Shown here: in pieces, positions 1 to 8,430 of the stretch
Layout: each line of letters begins with the position of its first letter
Position numbering within the stretch: the first letter of the stretch is position 1
Virus record (IMG/VR): IMGVR_UViG_3300032159_000001
Length of the DNA: 64,000 nt
Direction: 5' to 3' (one strand)
DNA from: a virus
Made by a program: the position numbers and the translations under genes
The notes under the pieces: model-generated
The model's database searches: none
What the model was told of the DNA's origin: nothing
The model's input: only the letters and a program-made list of their open reading frames with translations

Positions 1-1100
1 TCGCCGACTACGACGATCACCTCATGGTCTCGCTCGACTGGTCGGGCGTCGAGCTGGTCGAGATCGGCGAGTTCTCCGGCGACCCGGAGTTCCACAAGGC
101 CTTCGGGCAGATCCCGCACCAGGATCTCCACGCCGGCACGGCGACAGCTTTGCTATCCCTAGATTGCCCAGGGATGAACCTAGAGTTGTTCAAATCTCTC
201 AAGGGCATGACCTCGTGGAACGAGTGGCTTTCGGACCACCACGGCGAGGCCGACCGCCTGCCGCGCCTGATGACGAACCTGAAGGGCGAGCTGCTCGAGA
301 GCGCCAAGGCCTACGGCTACTGGCGGACCGTGTTCGGCAAGGAGGCCAACTTCAACTACTTCTACTCCGGCTGGCTGGCCACGATCGGCGAGCGCGCCGG
401 CTGGTCGCCGCAGAAGACCGCCGACGCCACCGACGCCTACCGGGCGCAGTTCCCGGTCGCGGAGGCCTGGCGGGTCCAGCAGATCAGCGACGTCAACATG
501 CTGGGCTACGTCACGCTGCCGGACGGGCACCGCTACACCCGCTACGAGGCGACGAACTCCTGGGCCTCGGAGTGGTGCGACAAGTTTTTGCTTCAGACGG
601 TCGGAGCCGAGAACTACAACGCCATCGTCCGCTGGATCATGCGCAAGATCCAGAAGCGCGCCGGCAATCAGACCGTCAACGCTCTCATTCAGGGGACCTG
701 CGCGACGCTGGCGAAGCGCTCGATCGTCCGCACCATTCTCCACTTCCGGTCGCTCGGCTGGGGGGACCGCGAGTTCCGGTTCCTGATCCCGATCCATGAC
801 GAGCTGGTCTGGTCGGTTCACCAGGACCTCGCGGTCCCGTTCATCCGGGATGCGCACCGGATCATGGTCTCGCACGACGATATCTTTAAGCGGTGCAAGC
901 TCGACAGCTCGCCGGCCATCGGCGTCACCTTCGAGCCCTGGAACGAGCGGAAGGCCTACGGCGGCCAGATCGAGCTGTTCGAGCCGGAGGCCGCGGTCGT
1001 CGGCAAGGAGCGCGCCGGCAAGCGCCTGGACGACCAGGGCATCCGGGACGTCGTCGAGTACCTGAAACAGCAACGTGTTCGGATGAAGGAAGCAGCCTGA
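1..1100 (+). CDS. polA: DNA polymerase family A, polymerase domain (5'-truncated by the window edge)
   Basis: Motif A DWSGVEL..SGD, DLHAGTA, motif B R...KEANFNYFYSG, QGTCA, motif C IHDEL; frame open from the window start. Confidence 0.93.
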   Translation, partial: ADYDDHLMVSLDWSGVELVEIGEFSGDPEFHKAFGQIPHQDLHAGTATALLSLDCPGMNLELFKSLKGMTSWNEWLSDHHGEADRLPRLMTNLKGELLESAKAYGYWRTVFGKEANFNYFYSGWLATIGERAGWSPQKTADATDAYRAQFPVAEAWRVQQISDVNMLGYVTLPDGHRYTRYEATNSWASEWCDKFLLQTVGAENYNAIVRWIMRKIQKRAGNQTVNALIQGTCATLAKRSIVRTILHFRSLGWGDREFRFLIPIHDELVWSVHQDLAVPFIRDAHRIMVSHDDIFKRCKLDSSPAIGVTFEPWNERKAYGGQIELFEPEAAVVGKERAGKRLDDQGIRDVVEYLKQQRVRMKEAA

Positions 1101-2170
1101 TGTCGACGGGGAAGAGGATCTTCAAGCGTGACACCAATGGTACGATACGTACCTGGAACTATGAAGTCGACGGCGACCGGTGGCGGTCGCATAGCGGCGT
1201 GCTCGGCGGGGCCGTGGTGACGTCCGGCTGGACGACCTGCGTGCCCAAGAGCCGCGACACAGCCGAAGAGCAGGCCCTGTTCGAGGCCGAGGCCGAGATG
1301 GGGAAGAAGCTCGACAAGGACTACGCCGTCACCGAGGCCGGTGTCGACGAGCCTCGGTCCTTCGGACCGAAGGTCATGCTCGCCCACAAGTTCGAGGGGT
1401 GGCCGGGCGAGTGCTTTTCGCAGCCGAAGCTCGACGGCATTCGGTGCAAGGTGAACCGGCACGGCATGTGGAGCCGCACGGGCAAGCCGATCCTGGGCGC
1501 CCCGCACATCTTCGCCATCCTCGCCCCCGCCTTCGTCAACAAGCCGGATCTCGAGTTCGACGGCGAGCTGTACAACCACGAGCTGAAGGACGACTTCAAC
1601 AAGATCGTCTCGATGGTGAGGAAGTCGAAGCCCGAGGACGACGACATCCTCGAGGCGTCGAAGCTCGTCCAGTACCACGTCTACGACCTCGTCCTCACGG
1701 ACAAGACGTTCAGTCAGCGCGACCAGATGCTCGATCTGTTCGTGGCGCAGCTGCCGGGCAACGAGATCGTGAAGGTCCCGACCTCTCCAGTCGCGACCAT
1801 CGAGCAGCTCGACCGGGCCTACGGCACCTATCTCGAGGCCGGCTACGAGGGCCAGATCATTCGGCTCGATGGCCCCTACGAGAACAAGCGCTCGAAGCAA
1901 CTCCTGAAGCGGAAGGAGTTCGAGACCCGCGAGTTCGAGCTGATCGCCGTCGAGCCCGGGAACGGCAACTGGGCCGGGCTCGCGAAGCGGATCCGCTTCC
2001 GCCTCGACGACGGCCGGGAGTGCGGTGGTGGCATTCGTGGGACGCGCGAGCAGATGGCCGAGCTGCTGGCTCGGCCGCAGCCGAAGATCGTGACGGTCCG
2101 CTACTTCACGCCCACCCCGGACGGCATGCCGCGCTTCCCGGTCGCCATCGATTTTGACCGGCCGGACTAG
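1100..2170 (+). CDS. ATP-dependent DNA ligase
   Basis: QPKLDGIRC (KxDG), FDGELY, YHVYDL, GYEGQIIR, YENKRS; ATG overlaps the polA stop. Confidence 0.93.
   Translation: MSTGKRIFKRDTNGTIRTWNYEVDGDRWRSHSGVLGGAVVTSGWTTCVPKSRDTAEEQALFEAEAEMGKKLDKDYAVTEAGVDEPRSFGPKVMLAHKFEGWPGECFSQPKLDGIRCKVNRHGMWSRTGKPILGAPHIFAILAPAFVNKPDLEFDGELYNHELKDDFNKIVSMVRKSKPEDDDILEASKLVQYHVYDLVLTDKTFSQRDQMLDLFVAQLPGNEIVKVPTSPVATIEQLDRAYGTYLEAGYEGQIIRLDGPYENKRSKQLLKRKEFETREFELIAVEPGNGNWAGLAKRIRFRLDDGRECGGGIRGTREQMAELLARPQPKIVTVRYFTPTPDGMPRFPVAIDFDRPD
1139..1153. promoter_or_regulatory. Motif A palindrome (inside the ligase gene)
   Basis: GGTACG-ATA-CGTACC. Confidence 0.65.
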
Positions 2171-2183
2171 TACGAAACGTACC
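2169..2183. promoter_or_regulatory. Motif A (1 mismatch), upstream of nrdJ
   Basis: AGTACG-AAA-CGTACC. Confidence 0.7.
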
Positions 2184-2231
2184 AAACCGACCCCATATCG
2201 TGTGACCCTTCAGTAGCGGATCCCCCACAGA

Positions 2232-4259
2232 ATGTTGTCGAACCACACCCCCTCGGTGCGCGCGCAGTTCACGCATCGTCGCACCTACCTACGTCCCCTC
2301 AACGAGGAGGGGACTCGGTTCGAGACCGTGGACGAGGCAATGAGCCGGGTCGTCGGCCACCAGCGGTGGCTCTGGGAGCGGCAGCTCGGGCGCGACCTGA
2401 ACACCGAGGAGTCCGCCGAGCTGGACGAACTCGAAGGGCTGATGCGCTCCGCGAAGGTGTCGATGTCCGGCCGCGTGAAGTGGATGGGCGGCACCGCGCT
2501 CGTCCGGGAGCGCTCGGCCGGCGCGTTCAACTGCTCATTCTCCGTCGCCTACACCCCCGCCGACCTCGTCGATATCTTCTGGCTGCTGCTGAACGGGTGC
2601 GGTGTCGGCTTCAAGCCGGTCACCGGCCTCCTGTCCGGCTTCCCCTCGTCGATCAAGAAGATCACCGTGGTGCCGAGCACGCGTACCGGACGAGGCGGCG
2701 AGGAGAACAGCTCCGAGTCCATCGATATGGCCGCCGGCACCTGGCGCATCACCTTCGGCGACAGCGCCAAGGGCTGGGCGAAGGCGCTCGGCATGCTGTT
2801 CGGTGAGAAGCCGCGGGTCGGCGAGCTGATCCTCGACTTCTCCGAGCTGCGCCCTGGCGGCAAGCGGCTCCGCGGCTACGGCTGGATCTCGTCGGGCTGG
2901 CAACCGCTGGCGACCGCTCTGGAGCGCATCGCCGGCATTCTCCAGGAAGCCGCGCACCGACCGCTGACGAAGGGTGAGATCATCGACGTCGTCAATTTCC
3001 TCGGCACCGTCCTGTCGAGCCGCCGGTCGGCCCAGATCTGTCTCATCGAGACTGAGGCCAGCAACCTGGACGAGCTTCTCACCGACCTCGAGTGGTACAT
3101 CGAGTTCAAAACCGATCGGTGGCAGCGGGGCGAGGGGCAGCGGGAGCAGTCGAACAACTCGATCGGCTTCACTCGCAAGCCTACCGCCCCCGTAGTGAGC
3201 TATCTCCTCAAGCGGATCCTCCCGACAGGGGAACCCGGTTTCGTCAACGTCGAGCATGCCCGGCGGCGCGCGCCGGAGATGGAGGGCCTCAACCCCTGCG
3301 CGGAGATCCTCCTGCCGAACAAGGGGTTCTGCAACCTCGTGCAGGTCGTCTGGCACCGCTTCAACGGCGATCTCGCCGGGCTCCTGCGGGCTCAGTACCT
3401 CGCCGGCCGGGCGAACTACCGCCAGACCTGCGTGTCGATGCGTGACGGCGTGCTCCAGCTCCAGTGGAACGACGCCCAGAAGCTCCTGCGCCTCTGCGGC
3501 GTCTCCCCGACCGGCGCGGTGGCCTGGGACGGGATCGAGAGTCCCGAGATGCTCGAGGCCGCGCGCGATGCCGCGGTGTCGGGCGCCGACAGCATGGCGG
3601 ACGAGTTCGGCGCTCCACGCGCCCGGCGCGTCACGCAGGTTCAGCCAGCCGGCACGTCGTCCAAGGCCCTGGGCCTGGAGGGCGACGAGGTCCACGAGGG
3701 CGCGCACCTGGCCCTGAGCCGCTGGATCTTCAACTGGATCAACTTCCCATCGAACGATCCGATGCTCGGCGCCTTCCGGGCCGCCGGCTACGACATGAAG
3801 CCGAACCCGAACGACCCGACCGGCGTCATCGTCTGCTGGCCCGTCGAGTATCCTGCGTCGTCGAAGTTCACCGCTATCGACTTGGTCGAGGGTGAGCACC
3901 TCGAGGTGAACCGAGAGAGTGCCATCAGCCAGCTGGAGCGCTACCGCCTCCTGATGAAGCACTACGTCGACCACAACTGCTCGATTACGGTGTCCTTCGA
4001 CGAGGCCGAGATCCCGGCCATGGTCGACTGGTTCATGGAGCATTGGGACGAGTACGTCGGCGTGTCATTCCTCAAGCGCAACAACCCGCTCGCCACCGCG
4101 GAGGAGCTGGGCTTCAAGTACCTCCCGCAGGAGTGTGTCTCGCGCGAGCGGTACGAAGCGTACCGGCGCCGGCTCTCACCGATCGACATCTCCGAGGACA
4201 AGTCCGCCGAGCTGCTCGACCAGGGCGAGTGCGCGACCGGCGGGTGCCCGATCCGATGA
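2232..4259 (+). CDS. nrdJ: Class II (adenosylcobalamin-dependent) ribonucleotide reductase
   Basis: FNCS, NPCAEI, QPAGTSS, DHNCSITV, C-terminal CATGGCPIR redox pair; no small subunit gene nearby. Confidence 0.92.
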   Translation: MLSNHTPSVRAQFTHRRTYLRPLNEEGTRFETVDEAMSRVVGHQRWLWERQLGRDLNTEESAELDELEGLMRSAKVSMSGRVKWMGGTALVRERSAGAFNCSFSVAYTPADLVDIFWLLLNGCGVGFKPVTGLLSGFPSSIKKITVVPSTRTGRGGEENSSESIDMAAGTWRITFGDSAKGWAKALGMLFGEKPRVGELILDFSELRPGGKRLRGYGWISSGWQPLATALERIAGILQEAAHRPLTKGEIIDVVNFLGTVLSSRRSAQICLIETEASNLDELLTDLEWYIEFKTDRWQRGEGQREQSNNSIGFTRKPTAPVVSYLLKRILPTGEPGFVNVEHARRRAPEMEGLNPCAEILLPNKGFCNLVQVVWHRFNGDLAGLLRAQYLAGRANYRQTCVSMRDGVLQLQWNDAQKLLRLCGVSPTGAVAWDGIESPEMLEAARDAAVSGADSMADEFGAPRARRVTQVQPAGTSSKALGLEGDEVHEGAHLALSRWIFNWINFPSNDPMLGAFRAAGYDMKPNPNDPTGVIVCWPVEYPASSKFTAIDLVEGEHLEVNRESAISQLERYRLLMKHYVDHNCSITVSFDEAEIPAMVDWFMEHWDEYVGVSFLKRNNPLATAEELGFKYLPQECVSRERYEAYRRRLSPIDISEDKSAELLDQGECATGGCPIR

Positions 4260-4522
4260 GGACGCCGGAGATCGCCGAGGAGCTGAGGGAGCTGGCGGCG
4301 ACGCACGGGCTCCCTCGGCTCGCAGAACTCGCCGACGAGCTTCGTCGTCGACCACCGACACGTCGCGCTCCGGTCAGCTCGGAGCGGATGACGCCAGAGC
4401 TGCGAGCGCAGATCCGCAAGTTCGCCGCCAGCTTTCCCGACTTGGTCCAGTCGAAGATCGCTGAGCATTTCAACGTCAGCCAGGGGCGCGTCTCGGAGAC
4501 GCTCGCGGGGTACAGGGAATGA
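4256..4522 (+). CDS. Small protein with C-terminal HTH-like motif
   Basis: ATG overlaps the nrdJ stop; QSKIAEHFNVSQGRVSETL is HTH-like. Confidence 0.7.
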   Translation: MRTPEIAEELRELAATHGLPRLAELADELRRRPPTRRAPVSSERMTPELRAQIRKFAASFPDLVQSKIAEHFNVSQGRVSETLAGYRE

Positions 4523-5394
4523 GCTGTCAGATACTTGCGAAGGTGTTGCGGAGATCGGTGGGGCATCCCGATGCCCCGCCGATCACCAGCTTCCAGCTGC
4601 GCTACCCGCTCCAGATCCACGCCGAGCTGATGACCCACCGGGTCTTCAGCCGGAACGCGCGGTCCTCGCGGGCCGTGCCGACCGCCCGGATGCTGGAGGA
4701 GGTCCGCACGGCGCCGTTCATCCCCCGGTACTGGGGGCGGAACCAGAAGGGGATGCAGGCGGGTGAGGAGCACAACGCGCTCCTCGAGGGCTCCGGCAAC
4801 GAGCCGGACGTCACGCGGGACGAGGCTTGGCTCGAAGCTCGAGACGACGCAGTGCGGCACGCCGAGCGCTACATGCGCGCCGGCTACCACAAGCAGATCT
4901 GCAACCGGCTCCTCGCCCCGTTCCTGCACATCGACGTGGTGCTGACCACGACGAACCTCTCGAACTGGGACGCGCTCCGCGACGACCCGGCGGCCGAGCC
5001 CCACATCCGCGACCTCGCGGTCGCGATGAAGGAAGCGCTGATCGAGCCTACGCAGCTGGAACGAGGCGAGTGGCACCTTCCGTACATTTCGGACGACGAG
5101 CGTGGCCCTGATCCCTCCGGCTTCGACTGGGCCGTGTTGAGGGCCTGCTCCGTCACCCGGTGCGCCCAGGTCAGCTACGTGCCGTTCCATGAGGCCCGGC
5201 TCACTATCGCCGAGGAAGTCGCCCGGCACGACGCGCTGATCGCCGCGCGCCCGATGCATGCCAGCCCGTGCGAGCACCAGGCCACGCCCGACACCAAGCT
5301 GCCGGACGGCAGCTGGGCTCACCCCGAGCTGGCGGGGAACCTCGGGCCGGGCTGGATCCAGTACCGCAAGACCCTACCCGGAGAGAGAGCATGA
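4519..5394 (+). CDS. thyX: FAD-dependent thymidylate synthase
   Basis: HAELMTHRVFSRNARSSRAVP ThyX motif; HKQICNRLLAPF; HASPCEHQA. Confidence 0.92.
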   Translation: MSCQILAKVLRRSVGHPDAPPITSFQLRYPLQIHAELMTHRVFSRNARSSRAVPTARMLEEVRTAPFIPRYWGRNQKGMQAGEEHNALLEGSGNEPDVTRDEAWLEARDDAVRHAERYMRAGYHKQICNRLLAPFLHIDVVLTTTNLSNWDALRDDPAAEPHIRDLAVAMKEALIEPTQLERGEWHLPYISDDERGPDPSGFDWAVLRACSVTRCAQVSYVPFHEARLTIAEEVARHDALIAARPMHASPCEHQATPDTKLPDGSWAHPELAGNLGPGWIQYRKTLPGERA

Positions 5395-5669
5395 CCACCG
5401 AAATCGACCGTGAAGCCGAGGAGGCCGACGTCGTGATGCCGACCGCGGAGAACGCCCCGCCGGCGCTCTTCCGCCCGCGCAACGGGATCACCACCACCGA
5501 CGTGCTGGAGATCGCGCTGATGTACCTCCTCCAGCTCACCGGCAACCCGGGCACCTTCCCGCCCGGCGCCCTGCGGCACCAGCCGATGGATGCGGCTCGC
5601 GTCGCCATGCTTTCCCCCGAGGCTCAGCGTCACATGAGCCATATCCAGCAGGAGGCCACCAATGGCTGA
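5391..5669 (+). CDS. Hypothetical protein
   Basis: ATG overlaps the thyX stop, GGAG upstream. Confidence 0.65.
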   Translation: MTTEIDREAEEADVVMPTAENAPPALFRPRNGITTTDVLEIALMYLLQLTGNPGTFPPGALRHQPMDAARVAMLSPEAQRHMSHIQQEATNG

Positions 5670-6033
5670 GAAGAAGCTTACCCAACTCTCGGTGCCCAGT
5701 GTCGAGTACCTCCAGGGCGGCATGCCGATGTCGACCTTCACGAAGGGCGCCGATCTCTTCGAGAAGGTCCGCGTCGGCGAGCACGTCGAGGTCGTTCTCG
5801 ACGACGGCACCAAGCGCCCGGCCCGGGTGCAGATGGTTCAGGTCGACGCCCTGATCAACCTCGTCACCGGCTACGGCGCCCAGGCCGCCATGAACCAGGG
5901 CCGTCCCTACTCGGCGCTCGCGGTCGTGCAGGGCCTCACCGACGCAGCGGCCGGCTCCGGCCCGCTCGACGTGACCAAGATCTACACGATGGTGCAGGTC
6001 CAGCTCGAGCCCGAGATCCCCACGATCGTCTGA
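5662..6033 (+). CDS. Hypothetical protein
   Basis: GGAGG SD, overlaps the previous gene, typical codon usage. Confidence 0.75.
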   Translation: MAEKKLTQLSVPSVEYLQGGMPMSTFTKGADLFEKVRVGEHVEVVLDDGTKRPARVQMVQVDALINLVTGYGAQAAMNQGRPYSALAVVQGLTDAAAGSGPLDVTKIYTMVQVQLEPEIPTIV

Positions 6034-6043
6034 GCCCCGAAAA

Positions 6044-6076
6044 AGAAGCCGCCGACTCTTGCTGTCGGCGGCTTCT
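6044..6076. terminator. 13-bp stem hairpin, terminator or processing site
   Basis: AGAAGCCGCCGAC-N7-GTCGGCGGCTTCT; A-tract on the 5' side only, so the U-tail would be on the - strand. Confidence 0.55.
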
Positions 6077-6079
6077 CAA

Positions 6080-6094
6080 GGTACGAAACGTACC
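6080..6094. promoter_or_regulatory. Motif A, abutting the resolvase ATG
   Basis: GGTACG-AAA-CGTACC. Confidence 0.8.
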
Positions 6095-6559
6095 ATGAAA
6101 AAGAACACCGGCAAGCCAACGGAGGCCCTGTTCGAGAGCAGCATCAACGCGCTCGGGAAACAGGGTTACTTCTACCGCATCAAGGACGCCGCCGCGATCA
6201 AGGGCCTCACGGGTTCGGTCGGTGCTGGCGTCGATGCAACGCCAGCCGACTACATCTGCGCCGTGCGCGGCAAGACGTTCTTCGCCGAGGTGAAGAGCAC
6301 GCAGCACGACACGCTCTTCGAGTTCAAGCTCCTGAAGAAGGGGCAGAATGCCCACGGCGCTCAGATCGTAGCGGCCGGGGGCGCATACTGGGTGTTCATC
6401 CATCGAATGAGCACCGGCGACTGGTACTGCGTCTCGATGGCGTGGATCAGGCTGCACGAAAGCAAGACTGACCGGAAGTCCATGGCCTGGACTGAGATGG
6501 GAGAGTTCAAGTGTTCGACGGAGCTGACCCCCGCGGGAAGCCGCCCACAGTGGCCGTGA
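6095..6559 (+). CDS. RecU-like Holliday junction resolvase (PD-(D/E)XK nuclease)
   Basis: ADYICAVRGKTFFAEVKST; ATG directly follows a motif A palindrome. Confidence 0.78.
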   Translation: MKKNTGKPTEALFESSINALGKQGYFYRIKDAAAIKGLTGSVGAGVDATPADYICAVRGKTFFAEVKSTQHDTLFEFKLLKKGQNAHGAQIVAAGGAYWVFIHRMSTGDWYCVSMAWIRLHESKTDRKSMAWTEMGEFKCSTELTPAGSRPQWP

Positions 6560-7167
6560 CGGAGATCGTCCAAGTGGGTCCGCACGAGATCCCTGTCGAG
6601 ACCGAACACCGGACGGCGTTCATGCCCCAGCCTGGCGCGCCGATGTTCGACTACATGATCGACGTCGAGACCACCGGGACGAACCCGGAGGAGAACGCGA
6701 TCATTCAGATCGCCGCGGTTCGCTTCAACCGGCACACAAAGGAGATCGACCATCGGTTCTTCGATCGCGCCCTCACCGTGCCGGAGGGGCGCTACTGGTC
6801 GGAGAGCACCCGGGACTGGTGGATGGGCCAGCCGGACGTGCTGCGTGGCATCCTTTCGCGGGCCGAGCCGTCCGCGATCGTGATCAAGGCCTTCTGGGAC
6901 TGGGTCGCCGAAGGTTCGAGCCTCTGCCCTCGAGCATTCTGGGGCAAGCCAACGACCTTCGACTATAACTTCATCGCGTCGTACTTCCGCCAGTACGGTC
7001 TGATGCAGCCGTTTCACTATCGCGAGGCGATCGACCTGAACAGCTATCTGCTGGGCCGTGGTCACGAGAACCGTCGCGACTTCTGGAAGACCATCGAGCC
7101 GGTCGGTGACGCGCACAACGCGCTGCACGACTGCCTCTATCAGATCCGGGCGATCTTCGCGTCATGA
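6556..7167 (+). CDS. DEDDh 3'-5' exonuclease
   Basis: IDVETTG, FDYNF, HNALHDC; start taken as the GTG overlapping the previous stop (uncertain). Confidence 0.85.
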   Translation: MTEIVQVGPHEIPVETEHRTAFMPQPGAPMFDYMIDVETTGTNPEENAIIQIAAVRFNRHTKEIDHRFFDRALTVPEGRYWSESTRDWWMGQPDVLRGILSRAEPSAIVIKAFWDWVAEGSSLCPRAFWGKPTTFDYNFIASYFRQYGLMQPFHYREAIDLNSYLLGRGHENRRDFWKTIEPVGDAHNALHDCLYQIRAIFAS

Positions 7168-8180
7168 GCACCAAACCCGTCATTCTCGGTGACCCTCATC
7201 TCGGGCGCCGCTTCACCAAGGGCGTGCCGGTCGAGCGCCGGGGCCAACGCGAGCAGCTAGTGCGCGAGGACTTCGTCCGCCGCCTCGACCCGAAGGGAGC
7301 GTCCACGCACATCTGCCTCGGCGACCTCTTCGACAAGCCGCAGGTCGACTACGACACCCTGCTGTTCGCCGCCCAGGCCTACATGGCGGCGGCCTACGCG
7401 AACCCGCGCACCATCTTCTACCTCCTGCAGGGCAACCACGACGACAGCCGGGACCTCGCCGAGGTGACGGCCTGGGACGTGTTCGGGCAGTTGGTGCGCG
7501 GCGTCCAGAACGTGCGGTGCGTAATCGAGCCGGTCGCGGTGGCCGGCGTTGGCTTGCTGCTTCCCTGGCACCCGACCAAGAGCGCATCCGATCAGCTGGA
7601 GGTTGCCGCCAACATGGCGGGTGCCTTCAACAGGATGGGGATCAGTGTCGGGATCACCACCGCCTATGGTCACTGGGACGTCGATCCCCGGTCGCCCAGC
7701 CACAACCTGATCCCGACCAAGGAGCTGGCGGCCCTCGGTATCACCAAGGCCTACACCGGGCACGTCCATCTGCCCTCCACCTTCAAACGGGATGGTGTCG
7801 AGGTGGAGGTCGTGGGGAGCATGCAGCCCTACGCGCAGGGTGAGGACGGTGGCCAGTGTGCTGGCTCTGTCCAGTATCGGACATTCTGCATCAACGGCCT
7901 CGAGGACTTGCTGGTCGACGATCCGCAAGCGCTCAGCAATGTCTGCGTCCGCCTCCAGCTCCAGCCGGGCGAGCAGTTCGAGGGCGAAGTCCCGGACTGT
8001 CTATCTTTCGACATTCAGCGCGTGCGCCCGGTCGAGGAAGAGCCCGCCGGTGAGGTCTCCCTGGACGGCTTCGACACCACGGCCGCCGCGCGCGCCGCGC
8101 TCGACGAGCACGACATCATCCCGGAGGTCCGGGATCAGATCGACCAGCGCTGGAGGGAGACCTTCGGTGCAGAAGGGTAA
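7164..8180 (+). CDS. Mre11/SbcD-like metallophosphoesterase nuclease
   Basis: GDPHLG, GDLFD, GNHD, GHWD, GHVH; upstream of a Rad50-like ATPase. Confidence 0.88.
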   Translation: MSTKPVILGDPHLGRRFTKGVPVERRGQREQLVREDFVRRLDPKGASTHICLGDLFDKPQVDYDTLLFAAQAYMAAAYANPRTIFYLLQGNHDDSRDLAEVTAWDVFGQLVRGVQNVRCVIEPVAVAGVGLLLPWHPTKSASDQLEVAANMAGAFNRMGISVGITTAYGHWDVDPRSPSHNLIPTKELAALGITKAYTGHVHLPSTFKRDGVEVEVVGSMQPYAQGEDGGQCAGSVQYRTFCINGLEDLLVDDPQALSNVCVRLQLQPGEQFEGEVPDCLSFDIQRVRPVEEEPAGEVSLDGFDTTAAARAALDEHDIIPEVRDQIDQRWRETFGAEG

Positions 8181-8430
8181 GTTCTTCCTCACCGGGCTCG
8201 GACTTCTCATGCAAGGCGTGAAGTTCACGCCCGAAGAGAACGCTGTCCTCCATTGGCTCTGTGCAGCAGCCTCCGAGAGCGATGCTGTCTTCTGGGATCA
8301 GACCCGCGCTGTCGAGCCAGGGAGCCTCCGTTGGCATGCCCTGGAAGGACTGAAGAATACCTTCCGTCGTCTCGAAAAGCATCACATTCTGCAGGCCCAC
8401 TATGATCGAGCAGCTCAGTTTCACGGTTAG
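8167..8430 (+). CDS. Small hypothetical protein between the SbcD-like and SbcC-like genes
   Basis: GGAGGGAG then GTG at 8167 (alternative ATG 8209); overlaps both neighbours. Confidence 0.45.
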   Translation: MQKGKFFLTGLGLLMQGVKFTPEENAVLHWLCAAASESDAVFWDQTRAVEPGSLRWHALEGLKNTFRRLEKHHILQAHYDRAAQFHG

